DNA from: Marsupella aquatica
Lineage: Eukaryota; Plantae; Marchantiophyta
DNA length: 64,000 nt
Assembly: GCA_973895155.1 (NCBI GenBank)
Contig: OZ316891.1
Coordinates: 18,997,048 to 19,061,047, forward strand
Reading direction: 5' to 3'
Position numbers and translations under genes: made by a program. The notes under the pieces were generated by a model, which ran no database searches, was not told the origin of the DNA, and was given only the letters and a program-made list of their open reading frames with translations. Within the stretch, counting starts at the first letter, position 1. Each line of letters opens with the position of its first letter. Below, one piece after another: positions 13,950 through 27,291 of this stretch.

Positions 13950-14510
13950 GTCGGAGGAGGAGGCAGAGTGACCTGTCTTGAGGTTCTGTGGCTTTGTTTT
14001 CAAGGGATTGAAGTGTGTGGAGGCTGGACCCGACAGTGACTTTGTTTTCGAGGGATTGAAGTGTGTGGAGGCTGGACCCGACTTAGACGACGATTGATGA
14101 GAGATCTGGGAATTGGGAGCGACTGCTGTTGTCGTGTGGTCTAGGTGATCGTCCAAGAACGAAGAGGGCAATTGAATCTGGGGCTGCCCCTCACTCAACT
14201 CACTGCTTGATCGATTCGGCTACCCCTCGACCTGAGACGCCGATGAGGACGACGAAGACGGAGGAGGCAGAGTGACCCATCCGGACGTCGTCGGAAACTG
14301 AGGTTCTGTGGCTTTGTTTTGAGGGTCGAAGTGTGTGAAATGGAGGCTGGCTAGACGTAGACTTACACTTAGACGACGATTGATGAGAGATCTTCGAATT
14401 GGGAGCGACTGCTGCTGTCGTGTGGTCAAGTTGATCGTCCGAGAACAGGGAGCGCGGTTGAATCTAAGGCTGCCCGGCACTAACTCACTCACTGGTTGAT
14501 CGAATCGATC
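13950..14510 (+). repeat. Diverged ~300-bp tandem duplication immediately upstream of the GTPase ATG, with a nested ~48-bp duplication
   Basis: GGAGGAGGCAGAGTGACC..GAGGTTCTGTGGCTTTGTTTT..ACTTAGACGACGATTGATGAGAGATCT..AATTGGGAGCGACTGCTG occurs twice (~13955-14215 and ~14260-14505). The block TTTGTTTTC.AGGGATTGAAGTGTGTGGAGGCTGGACCCGAC occurs twice within the first copy. Confidence 0.85.
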
Positions 14511-14532
14511 GCGCTCTGGCCCTGGCCTCATT

Positions 14533-15378
14533 ATGGACTCTGGGGCTAGCACGTCCACTGAGGCTCAGCCTAAACCAGGAGACAAGCAAGTGGTTTTGTT
14601 CGGCAAAACTGGAGAAGGAAAGTCGACCATAGGGAACGTGCTCGTGACCGGAGGGATAACAAATGTGGTGTTCAAGTCCAGCGATGCGGCCAAAGGATGT
14701 ACCGATAGGATTATGCGAGCTAGTGGAAACGGATGGTTCGTTATAGACACGGTAGGGCTTGGAGAGGCGGAAATGGGGAGCACATCCCATGCCGAAGCGG
14801 AAAAGATGGTCACCGAGTTTTTGAAGGAATTCAAAGGGAAGTACTCCCACATTATATATGTGCAGAAGGCACGGAGGATAACGACAATGGAGGAGCTGAT
14901 CTGGAAGCTGTTTGCCAAAATTTTCAAGGGGGCAGAGGAGGCTTTTGTTGTTGTCATTACTGGGGCATCGAAGGAATGGTTCGAAACTAATCGAGACAAG
15001 TTCCCGACATACTGGAATGATAATGTTAAAATTCTGTATACAGACATCCCCCCGGAGCAAAAGCGGCCCGTGCTTGAAAAAAAATTTAAAAAGAAGCGGG
15101 AGGCATCCATTTTGAAACTCGTAGAAGATCTGGATGAAATATTCAAGGCGAATCAATCGAAGGGGGATCATGGGTACTTTACTCCGGATATCGCCAATAT
15201 GGATGATGAAGAACTCGAGAAAGAGTCTAAGTCCTTGTTAGCTTACTTGGTCGAGCAGATCAAGAGATTATTTGATAGAGGTTCCTGGGAGAGCGTTGCA
15301 AAGAGGCTCTCCACCGTGATCCATGTTGCTGAAAGATTCGTGGACATTATTTTGTTGGCCGATGCTGTTAGAGACTGA
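14533..15378 (+). CDS. AIG1/GIMAP-like (TRAFAC) P-loop GTPase, intronless, 281 aa
   Basis: G1 GKTGEGKST, G2 GCT, G3 VIDTVGL, then an R-I-T motif and a VVVITG strand, followed by a helical C-terminus. Single uninterrupted ORF. Confidence 0.85.
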   Translation: MDSGASTSTEAQPKPGDKQVVLFGKTGEGKSTIGNVLVTGGITNVVFKSSDAAKGCTDRIMRASGNGWFVIDTVGLGEAEMGSTSHAEAEKMVTEFLKEFKGKYSHIIYVQKARRITTMEELIWKLFAKIFKGAEEAFVVVITGASKEWFETNRDKFPTYWNDNVKILYTDIPPEQKRPVLEKKFKKKREASILKLVEDLDEIFKANQSKGDHGYFTPDIANMDDEELEKESKSLLAYLVEQIKRLFDRGSWESVAKRLSTVIHVAERFVDIILLADAVRD

Positions 15379-18300
15379 GGTGCAAAACAGTGTGATAGAG
15401 CGCTCGTTGTAAGAAAAAATTCGATGACATTAGGTATGAGCCCATGCTGTTAGAATCTGAGGTATTGGCCCAGACTACATTCATCTGGTGTTTAGATTAA
15501 GAAATGCCTTGCTTTTACAGGGTGCTAGCCATTCCGTGGTCCATAGCTCAAGCCAGACGGGTAACATTTGCAAAAATTGTGTTGAAGAAAGTCACAGTAG
15601 TCTGATATTAAAATAAATTAACATCAAAGAAGCTAAGAGCTTTTTGTGCCGCCAGTTACTGTGATTCTCTTGTTTGTTGTCCTCGTTTTAGTACGCTTCC
15701 TAGCTTCTATCATCATGTTGGGCGTAAATCAGTACTTCAAAACCCGTTACGAAGAAAAGCAAATCTTGTTTTCGTAAGAATTGAGTGTCCATGAAATGCT
15801 AAGGCGCTCCTGTTGCACCTGCAAAGCGTGAACTGACGCTGACCTCCCTGCACTCACACACCATAGAAATATCCCAGCGCAAGTGGACCCATTCGTCGAG
15901 GAGGATGAGGAAGCATGGTGCAGTCGTGATTTTTGGCCCTGGAGCACACCCTGACCCTTTTAATTGCAGTCGATAGTAAGTACATAAATGCAAGAAAGTT
16001 GTAGGTTAAGTTTTGGAAAGGAAAGGCTGTGGTTTACGCTTTCGTCAAACTTCACTGAAGCAAACAAGTTGCAGCCCGGACCAGAGCTGAAGCTGGTGAA
16101 AACAAGCAGAATATTTAAATTGGAAGCGGGAGAAGAGAAGACGAGCAAATGAATGCTGTAGAACCGAATCTTTCGACTGGAACATAGGAGTGACGAGATT
16201 GAAGTAAGCATGGTGGATAAGTGCTGGGCCTAAAACGGACGAAGACTTCCATGTTGACGGTACTCGAATTTTATTACTTCTTCACCTACTCCAGGAGAAT
16301 GAAGTTGCAACTGTAAATTATCTTCTGGTAAGCACAGACAAATCATGTGGGACAAGTAAATCTCGTACATTGCAAACTTCGAAAATGTTCGTGAACTACG
16401 CAATATTTATGGTCTACTGTGGATCTATGTGGCCTAGAATGTAAACTGAAGCTAAACTGAAGATAGCTGACGTCATTTGAAATCACCAAATCCTCCTCCA
16501 GAATTTCTGTGCGTGAGTAGCAGTACGCAAAATCTGTTAAAACTACTTTGGTCAATACGTAATCCCACGGTCACATGAGTAGCACTTGCTCCAGCTTGAG
16601 TGAAGTAGAAAGGTACGATATAAAATGCACTACTAGCGAAAGATAAGTACAGTCGCTCAACGGATTCTCTCGCAAGGCTGCTGCATTTCAAGGCTGGCTA
16701 CTGTTTATAGGTCCAGTATAGGCGCAAGTTTCCATGGAATACAACTTGGAGCCAAGCCTTCCGCTCCATCTTGGAAGGACATTGCTATGGTGTACCTCAA
16801 ATCGTATATCTCGGATGTGCACGCGAGTGGCAAGGGATTTCACACACATTGATGTTATTCAGGGAAAGCTGAGAAGAGATTCCAGCACAACCCATCCTCA
16901 ACATCAACCACTGAGTTACTAGATTCTCTGTCAACCTCGTAGGCATCGTGTTTTCCAAACTCAAAACAACACCTAACCCCTTCCATTCCTAACCTGATGC
17001 ATGGCCTGGTATTCTTGCCCAAAATATGGGTAGTTGCCGACTATAGAATTTGATAGGTACTTCCGATCAAGACTCTGAAGAATTTGGGAACAGAGTAAGA
17101 GACAATTGCACGGTCTGAACATTGACCATCATGCAAGAGAATAGAGCGACTGTGGGAATGAAGTGGGTCAGGCAGCGGCTCAACAACAGAGGTGGCCGTA
17201 CTGAGATCAGATTGAGGTGTCTTGTGCCAATATATCCTGGCCAACCCTCACTGGAAGCTACCTCAAATGGCTAGTATTGAACTCGGAGGCGTATGTATTC
17301 GTAGGTTACATGCCTGGCTTTTCCCTTTGGCTGAGATTCTATAGGAGCTACCGGAAAGTTCTCTAGCTCGAAGGCACATCCATCGTGTACAAGCCTAGGC
17401 AAAGCTTCTGGAGTTGACTGATTCGCTGGACATTCTTCAGCGCCAGCGCTATGCAATTATAATTTCTTCCATAGAACACACAATTGGAAATGATCGCGCA
17501 TAGCGATTCTCATTTGGGAGGGGGCGAGGGAGGGGGAGGCATAACATCGCATTAACTCTCGTCAGTCGAAGGGCAGCGTTTCTCAATCAATGTTTTAGTT
17601 TTTCCAAACTTTCTTGAGTTTGGGTAAATTACAAACTGACTCAAGCTTGCAATTTCAAACACTCAACTTGGAGAGCAAATTAAAAGTCTGTTCTACTATT
17701 AAATCTTTAGCCGAGCTATCCCAGCACTCCTGAACTTGGACAGCAAATTGAAACATTCTGCGCTACTCTTCACCTTTGGCCAAGCTAATTATACATCGAC
17801 AATCTTGGTGCAATTCGAAATGATTGGGCAATCTTGCGAGACATGATTGATTTATTATTCCGAATCGTCGGTCGTACAACTCAAGTACATCTCCCCAAAA
17901 TGTTGTGGCAATCAGAAGTCGACCACCTTAATAGCCTTTATTAATTTCCACGGCCTGCTTTGATCTGGGACCGCTGTCTTTCTAGAAATGCAAGATGTAT
18001 ACCAAGATCGACTTTGGAGTCGCCGTATAATATACACACTTAATTCACCGTTTACAGAATTCCTCCGAGCTCATCTGAAGTCGGAGGTCTCTGAAACTTA
18101 TTTTCTTGCACGCCAATCGTGGGTTTAGGTGTGGGTGATTACGTACAGTACCTACCTACCTAAGTACCTAAGTACCATCAAGCTAAAATACATTAGATGC
18201 AAATACCCAAGAGCATTGCTAAGCGTAAGCTAACTTCACATAGTTGTGTAAGTATAGCTCGGTAGATGCAAGATGGTTGATTGACGAGCTGTGCAGAAAT

Positions 18301-18715
18301 TCGTCCTGATCCGGATTACCAATCCAGCAGCAACAACTAAAAGGGACCAAAAATCTGAGAGTGCCTCCGAACATAAATCTACCCTGGATCCGAATTGTGT
18401 GTATCTCTCCAGCAAGAAATTTTAGAGGCAACTGAATTGCCTGCAGAGGTCAATTAGCTTTTCATCATGGAATTTTATAATCTCCTACGGTACGGTATAA
18501 TTCTGTGCACTCTGTGCGCAGAAGAAGATGCTCAACAGCTTGACATAAAATTCTTAAATAATATAATATCACCCAAAAGAAATGCGTCGATGACGTCGAC
18601 TCGGTCCCCAGCAACTGCGGAGCGTGGTTCGAGAGCAGCCACTGCCATTCTTCGGAGCAGGGCTAGTGCGCGTTGCTCTTCTCTGGCCTTTACCCGCTCG
18701 GCTCCAGACAAGTTT

Positions 18716-21057
18716 CTAGACTGTAGGACGGGATAGACGTCCTGAAAGCAGAACGGGCCAATCCACAGACCGAAAAGGAATCGCTCTAATGGCGTACTGG
18801 TAATACATCGCTGCGAGTGTTGCACCCAGTATAGGACCTACCCAGAACACCCACTGCATACAAAAACAATGCAACCCCACATAAGTAATTATCACCTTCG
18901 CTTCAAAACTGAGCCACCTCTCCAACATAGAGATCAAAACTACATGATTAAATCTATCTATGGACAAGTTTGTGCTGTCTGCCCTCGTTTGTTGAACAAT
19001 ATATAAATTTTCTGCTAGTTGCTAGCTAGCTAATTCCTGAACTTCGGAGTTCACAGAAATCATTGACAAGCTTGTGCTTTCTATCCTTTTTCGTTGGACG
19101 TATATAATTTCTGCCATATGCTAGTTTCCTGAACTTTGGAGTTCACACAATGAAAGTCGAACAGCAATATACTCCATAGCTGGACCGAACAGAGTTGTCT
19201 GAGGATTATATGTGTGAGTTAATCCTGAAATTCGCAGCTCGAAGTGTGACGATTATGATATATCACCGTTGATATCACCATCGTGGGATCGCACCATATG
19301 TCATGATCATTCTCAATGCTAGGATTCAGACAACTAAACGATTAAAGAAAACGAGCTTTGAGTCGGAAGAGAACTTTCTTCGGGAACGTGATCACTAGAC
19401 TGTCAACAATGTCCTGTTTGGATTGGCGGGCAGGAAATTTCAAGAGGGTAACGAGCTTACGTGATCATGCCAAGCGTGGTCATGGTGGTCCCAATAACAT
19501 GCAGGGGCGAAGCTACGAGCAGGATTGATTCCAGTGCCGGTGATTGGAATGGTTGCCAGATGGACGAGGAACACAGTCAGTCCTATCGCCAGTGGAGCCA
19601 GAGCCTGCATGCAAAAGATCCCAAACTGATGCTCAGAACAAATATGTATACACATTCCGATCCCCATTCCGATCCTCAAAGTCATCAATCTTATTGCCTG
19701 GCTGCATCCGGGACATATATCAATTAACTAAGTGAATCAATTGATTTCATTCAAACTGAAAAGAATCGACGGTCAAGCTACGTGAGAAAGGTACACGGCA
19801 CCCATCTTGAATGATGATATCAAGCCCTTATAAGTCGGGCGGTAAGATAAACATGACTTTCGATTATGCAAATTATAGTAAACTATGTTACAAGGTTGAA
19901 TTATGAATCATCTATGAACAGACTCTCTGCAAACTTGATGCATGACTCATATGGTCTGACGAGCTATGATCATCCCTCATTGAGCAATTCTCAATAAACG
20001 AAGAGTATTGGGCATATGTGATCATCATTCTTACAGGCACGTGAGCGTCTCGTGCTTTGCGCTTGGCATCGGTGGCAGTGAACACAACATAGACCAAGAA
20101 GAACGTGCCAACCAATTCCGCCACTAAGCCTGCACCCTTGGAGTACCCGTTGTGCACAAAATTGGCGCCTCCGGTATATCGCTGGTAGTAGCCTTTCTGA
20201 TAAGCTTTGACCAAACCCACTCCAGCCAGGGCCCCCAGCAGCTGCGCTATGACGTATATCAGGAAGCGCGCGAACGATATTCTTCGGACGAGGAGAAAAG
20301 CGAATGTGATGGCAGGGTTGATGTGTCCACCTGCGCAATAGAAAATCCGCACCATTAACTTTCATTTCACTCGGTGCAGCTGTGCTAGCTACCTTATTAA
20401 TTAACAAACAAAACCTTCTACTCCTTGTGGATGAGTGAAGATTTACAGCTCAGAATTGAATGTTCATGAAGGTTGATCGATGAATGGGAATCATACACCA
20501 CGTCATAACTAGTCATGAAAGTCGGAAATTGAAGGAATTTGAAGTCAATTGATGATGAGAAAATGTGGAGGTTTCAGAAAACGATGTGCAATTTAATTTG
20601 ATTAAAATCAAAGTCCTCAAGACCTACCGGAAAGTCCACCAATGGCGTAGACCAAGACAAAAACCGAGGTTCCGAAAGCAAACGCGATCCCCAGGGTTCC
20701 AACTCCGTCGGAACCAGTTGCAGCATTGCCGATAATTGTCTGCACACCGATGTAAAGGAGGAGAAACGTGGCAACGAACTCGGCAATACCTGCTCTCCAG
20801 AGAGACCACCGGCTCAGCTCGGTGGGATCCCAGAACGGCACAGGGGCGGGATCAACGTAGTCTTTGAGCGGTGTCAGTGTTGTCACTGGAAATGCCTTTG
20901 GTGCTATTGTTGGTGGTGGTAGTGGTGATGGTGGTGGTGGTGGGTCACTGGGTTTAATGTCCGGGATGTCTACTCCAACGGAAGGATCTGTCTCAGTCGT
21001 GTCAGGTTCTTCACTCCCTTCCATTCTCCCCTTCCCCTTAATATCTCCTTCAGCCAT
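18716..21057 (-). CDS. PIP: Plasma-membrane intrinsic protein (PIP) aquaporin
   Basis: Exons 21057-20628, 20330-20035, 19604-19461 and 18853-18716, all GT-AG and in frame. Motifs: [75 protein letters not shown]. ar/R filter F-H-T-R. Confidence 0.95.
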
Positions 21058-24000
21058 GATTTCTCTCTATCGCGCTAGCTCTCTCGATCCCCTCTCTCCC
21101 TTTCCTTTCCCTCCAAAGATATTGATCAATTCCGAGCTCGAGTATTTGAACAAATAACTCAACGGCCGGGATCGAGTACCTCAACTTCTATCTTGAAGCA
21201 CTCCTAGGCAAAGGAGCCCCCTTCTACAAATGGGAGCTGAGAACGATGACAATTAGCAAGCCAGGAGGAGCCTTGCGATTGAAGCTTGACGTCACTTTTG
21301 AAAGAAATGGACAATGTCTACACATACACGAATTCGGATCAGTTCACGTGGAAATGATACTCCAGAATCTCATGATATGCATTTGTTATGTAAGTACTGC
21401 GGACGCAAATACATAATCATGCAGCTCAACGGGAGCCCAACCTCAAGAGCAACTCTCTACAGTTATAATTGCTGCTGCTCCTGCTGCATTGGGTCCACTG
21501 AAGACAGGGAGTCCTCAGATCGTGTCTCCCGAGTGGTGCACTGGACTGCCGAACTTAAAGTTTTCAGTCGATAAAAAGGAGGCTGCTGCTACAACGATCC
21601 GTCCCAGAGCTCTGAACTGTAAGACTCAAGGTGGGCGCACAAAGATCTGTAGTAGGCAGGGGAGAGGGTTGGTCTGAGCTAGATTGTGGGAGCAAGGTCC
21701 ATATATACTTCATAATCTGTTGGACAGCATCATGCAAATTATTGGTAGACAGTCTGCAACAGACTGCACAACGCTTCCATCTGATCCCACGGCAAGATTT
21801 TAATATTCGTCTCTGCATGTTTACTGTGGCCCGTGACTGCGCCTGAGAAAGGCTGTCACATTGAACGGCTGTTCACAGTTGGGTCGTGCTTCCCTTCCTC
21901 GTCTGTTGAAAATACGCTTCGTTTCATGGCTCCTACTGAAGAATAATGGAAGGTGAGCTTTGACTATTGCAGAAACAATTGTCCTGATTTGCATGGCGAT
22001 GGCAAAACTAACATACAGCCCGGCATACAGCCAATAATTGAACACAAGAATGGCCAGAAAGTTGGTACTGTCCGACTGGTTGATTATAAGAAACTCACTG
22101 ACGGTTAGGTGGTACATTAAGTGTTTGGCTGCCCAGCCTAGAATACGCGCGCATACATGTCAAACATTAACTGTCTCAGTACCAAATTCTTTCAATCATT
22201 CTAATTCTTTGCATGTGTGTCAACGCCAACATCCTGGGACACAAATAGACCACATTTTGCCCACTCATGCTGATCCATCCTTTATAATGACAATACTATA
22301 TGGGTGTCTGCTTGATTCGAAGCTCCCATCATTAAACTGAACTTTGGTTGAGAAGAACAATACTATATGGGGTCTGCTTGAAGCTCCCATCATTAAATTA
22401 ACTTTGGTTGAGTAGAAAACTATTATAAAAAATGATTCGACTCTACCTTACTGGGCTGGTTCTTCTACCTTACCTCCACCAGTGAACCTGTGCCAGTCAA
22501 CAATCCTAGTTGAAAAAGAAATTTGAGCTGTCAGGAATCTTTTGTGTTTTTCTTCAAGGCATATTTTGGTGACAGGTCGCAATATTCATAATGCTAGGGG
22601 TGAGATTCTTTCTCGAAACAAATCAAAGATACTAAATTAAAATAAACACTCACTAACACATTAATTCATTACTTGTGTTTTGCAAATTTATTATATTTTG
22701 AACCAACAGAAACCACCGAGGAACCCAGGCCATGGAACCAGCCAGAGAGTCCAAGCGGGTCCAGGAAACCCTCCAATTTGCAAGGCGGTGTAAGTTGTCC
22801 CACAATGAAATAGATTGGTCAAAAATTCTAGCAGAAAATAATTGTACCCAAATTAATCTCATAGTGGCTTTCCCTGCACATCTTGGGCACCCACATCCAT
22901 GGATGATTTTTAAGGTTTGACAGTTTGACTTAAGTTTAACTATGTTGAGGTATTTGTGATCATTCTTACAGGGGCTAAACTGTACACCAAATGATATAAA
23001 TATATTGCATTTTAATTATTTTACTTAGTTACTTACACACAATCTCAAGTGAAGGTAAGAAATAATGTAAGTTGCAGACCTCGTTGAGGACCCATTACAA
23101 TAACCCCTAAGTCCAAGAAACCACCTTAAAGAAGGTGGTCGTAAGTGGTTGCTGGTAACAGCGCCAGCAGCTCCCAATGGACCCGATCTCTATGTTATGA
23201 GTAGCATCCCCAACAAAGTCAGGGGCTGGATTTTATGGGCCTGACTAGATTAGATTGGGGGCAACAAGGGACCAAAGCTGGTTTAAGGGTGGCATGTTTC
23301 CAAAGGTATATAAAGAGGACTATATGATCTACAAACCCTCACGGAATAATCAATTCCTCAAGCCCAATTGAGATCTGTTTTTGCTCCTTTCTACTCCAAA
23401 GAGCCGGAAAGTTTATCTAAGGCACTGATGCATTCAAGGGAAAGGTTAAATAGGGGAGGTTGGTTGACTTGTGACTTGAATGCACCCTGGGGTATTACAT
23501 TGTCCCGGCATCCGATTTCTAGGGCTCACCGTTGATGCCTTCATTGTTGCCCAATGACAAAGGTCTATAGCTTGAGATCCACAGGTAATCTCAATTAATT
23601 TGCAAAGAGCTAGTGGGCGCGTTACAAAACACATGACGGGAAAAAGTAGGGGAGAGGTGGACCCTGGGTTGGGTTGTGGCACTACAGATAAAGCAATGAG
23701 AACCGTCCTCCTGTAAACTGAATTGTGTCCACAATTTTTGCGTCTTTAATTCTTTGAAATGCACAACTCTCTTGACAAGATCAATCAACTGATAATCCTG
23801 CAACGTTCACTCCACCCGTCTCTTGGGCAAGACAGTGAGAGAGGTCAAGTTTGCCATTCAAATTGAACTTGTTTTGAGTCGGCAGGCAGAGGATAGTTCA
23901 AGGAGGCTGGTTGAGGATTGGATTTTTGCCATTATTGGGGATTCTCAGGCTTATTTGGCTCTTTGATCTTCCTAGGGTTTCCCCATGTTTTCTTCCCTGA

Positions 24001-25863
24001 TTGGGGTCTCTGGCCTTCTGATCATTTCTCCCAGTTTGGCACTTTTTGTTTTCTGGCAGTGTTGTATATACTTTGATGGCTGAAAGTTGTGGGAGTTCGT
24101 GATTATCCATTTTAGAGCAACTGTTTGGGATAATCTAAGTATTGGAATGCTTCTAAAGATCTCGTTCTGTGTGGCCAGAAAACATTTTGGCCAAGAAACT
24201 TGACCAACAAACTTAGCTTGATAACAAAAGCAATTTTTAACAACCAAAAAGGTGAGCATTTATACAAAGGAAACCAAGTAAAATTTATGTTGCGAGTCCA
24301 GGTGAGAGCAGTCCATGTGCCTCAACCCATCCAAGCATCTTATCAATTGTTGTAGTCTAATGGGAGCTTCAGTTTTTGTTGAAAGTACTTCCATTGGAAT
24401 CCCTGACAATAGAAAAGAATTGTAACTGAGATTGTTTAAGACCTCAATAGGGCATCTCAAAGCTTCAAAGTTGTGGGTGATGGCTGCGCATATACAAATG
24501 ACCATAGCTTTTTCAAAGGGTTAAGTCAAAGGTTTTGTTTGTTGTTTTTGTTTCTAGCCTCTACAGCAACTTATGGTCATGGCATATGACCAATCTTTAT
24601 GGAGAAAGCTATGGACTATGAATTTGGCAGTCCCTAACTTTTTCTGTCCCTAACCTTAACTACTACATTAAGGTCCATCAAATTTTGAGATTTGAGACCC
24701 CAGAATGGATGGTAAGTCAGCCAAGGTGAGAACAAAGTCGCCTCAACTATTGTTACCTTGGGGACATAACTACTGCACTATTCTCTATAGTGGTTGTTGT
24801 CATTCTAAAGACCAGCATGCCATACTCATGTCATTATAAACCTCGTTCCAGATTTTCAAAGGCTGAAGTTCATGACTATCTTTGCTTTTGGCACCTAGAT
24901 TCAACGCTCTGGTTGCATTTCTCAGCAAAACTGCGATGCATTAGAATCTCGATATTTGCCGTGCAGAAATCATATCATGAACCACAGCAAAGTGCACGAG
25001 AGCTTGAAGTCAGGAGACAGGAAACCTATATCCAGAAACGCGGTTTTGTTGTGCAAGTGGTGTGGCCAATCAACCATTTGTGTAGTGGACAGCAGACAGA
25101 CTATGGTGCAGTTTCTTCCTTATGCAGAGTGTTAGGGAAACTTTCAGTAAAGTGCAGGTCTTGCCATAGTATCGATGGTAGCCTCTGGCCAACAAAGATA
25201 ACGATTGACGAAGTAAGGTGAGGTCAATATTTTGAAAGAGACAAACATTATCTAACAGGAAGATTATTGGAAGGAGTTCACGGGTGTTATAGGCTAAGGA
25301 GCTCAATAGGCGGTAAGAAGCATTCATCAATTGGGACAAAGATCCTCAGCTGATTGAAAAGAGAGTTTCATTTTCATTTCTCCGGCCAAGAAAAATGAGT
25401 TGTACTGTCGTTTGCTTCCCAGGCCGGCATTCTCTGCATGATCGTGGTGGATTAATTAGAATGGACGATGGTAATAATATGAGGTTGTTTGCGCGCTTGC
25501 TCTCACTTGTAACTTAGATGACAGCGTCAAGGCCCTTGAGGTTATGCCCTCTTCAATTTAGATAAACAAGCAAGTTGTCGAACTTTCAGTAATATTCCAG
25601 TCGTTTTTGAAGGGGCCTTCCAAGGACGGCCGCTCATGATGTTCATACTCCAGAAAAGATCAAAGGAAAGTATTTGTCGAGTAACAGACCAAGTGCTCTA
25701 GTGGAGGACAAACAAGAAATAAAGTTGCTGCATTTTGGTTAATAATTCCTTCGTTTTGCAGAATTGATTGTAGAGTGAATGATCAGGACATGGGATCAAT
25801 TCCAGATGTCCCTTGATTCATAGTTGTTTGAATTGAAGACATCAAATTGAATTAAAAGCCCGA

Positions 25864-27291
25864 TCAACAGAGGAAATTATCCCTTACCGAAGCTGCTTCG
25901 CTCAGGAAAGGGTTAATCTTGTTGTCTATAAGTGACTGAAGAGGTCTAAAGATAGGTGACGGTAGATTGGACCATTCTGCCCATAGCCACCCTTCACACT
26001 TATCAGGCTCCAGGTTTTGTGGCTGCTGCTCGGGATCTTTCAGTTCAGATTTCATAATGAGAGTGACATAATGAGAAGGGCGAGGTCCTTCTAGCGTCAC
26101 TACATTGGTCACCCAGGCAAGCTGTATGTTGTGGATCCGTAGCCCGGTTTCTTCTTCCACCTCCCGAGCGGCACATCCCTCCAACGTCTCCCCTGTGGAA
26201 GTCACAAATCCGAGAGGCTCAACAGAATGTAACGGCAGGCTGAATTTTAGACGTTGTGGCTGTCTACACTGACTTATTCAAGAACTGTAGTTCTCGTTGC
26301 AAATATGCAAAGTAGGACAGAATCGATGGCAAACTTGTGCACAGCTTACTAGAAAGCATGGCAAATGTCTCTGGTGCATACAAGGGATCAACGAGGAGAA
26401 TCTTAAGGATGGGATGTTAGGTCATAAAGAGAATTTACAGAAATGAATCTGGAATGTAATTTCAGATGATTGAAGATGAGAAGGGATTCGATAGATTGAA
26501 GACATTTCAATACCCACAAAACTGTTTCGCAGAATGAAAACCAGCTTTTGACATTGAAGAACAGATGGAATTCATTCATAGTGAGAAAACGTCAACCAAC
26601 TGAATATTCCATTTTGAGAGAGGAACCAGTGGGCTCAGGTCTATGATTGTCTCCGAAATTGTGGTTGAGTTAGTAGAAGAAACAGCATGGTGAAACTTTC
26701 TATTTGTTCGATCCATACCTAAGAAATCAAGCTGTGGATAGACAGGACATCTTGAGCTAGTGGCTTGATGAACGGCTCTTGCTTCACAGCTGGAATCCAA
26801 AGCTATTTTACCGAAAAGGGCACTTCCAACGATGGCGAGGGTACCAATGAATTAATGAGACTTTGATACCTCACGTTTGTACAAATACATATCTTTCAAC
26901 CTCGTATGACCATTATTCCAGGAAATACAGAAGACCTTCATTGGGAAAAGAGACCCGGTTTGGGAAGTATGGGAAAACCCGAATGAATATTGAAGAAAGC
27001 AGTTGATTCACAATTGGATGGCGGGGAATTGCACGTACCGAACTCAAGACGACCTCCGGGGAGAGCGAAGAGTCCGGTTTCCACAGGTGCTTTACGCCGG
27101 CCGAGGAGGATCCGACGATCCTTCGATATCAAAACCACAACGCCCACTTTGGGCTCGAACTTTTTCTCGAGCTTCTCGCTTGTACCCACTTGTCCGACTG
27201 AAATCGGTTCACTCAAGGGACGATGTTGGGATCCACTGATGAGATGCATTCGTGCTGCAGCAAACACTCCGCAGCAAGCTGCTTGACTCAT
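25864..27291 (-). CDS. NUDX1: Nudix hydrolase, NUDX1/NUDT15 (MTH2) type
   Basis: Exons 27291-27039 and 26192-25864 (phase-1 intron in LEF-G). Nudix box GGRLEFGETLEGCAAREVEEETGL. NUDX1-type motifs PKVGVVV, LLGRRK, SHYVT, PQNLEPDKCEGW.W..W.NLP.P.F.PL. Confidence 0.92.

Noticed and set aside
14485-15171. 228-aa and 193-aa minus-strand ORFs over the GTPase
   Set aside because: Antisense shadows of the real + strand CDS, with no recognisable motifs.
17041-17456. Two short adjacent minus-strand ORFs suggestive of a frameshifted pseudogene
   Set aside because: No recognisable motif.
21195-21240. GGAGCCCCCTTCTACAAA resembling a miR319/159 target site upstream of PIP
   Set aside because: Too many mismatches, and it lies on the strand opposite the PIP transcript.
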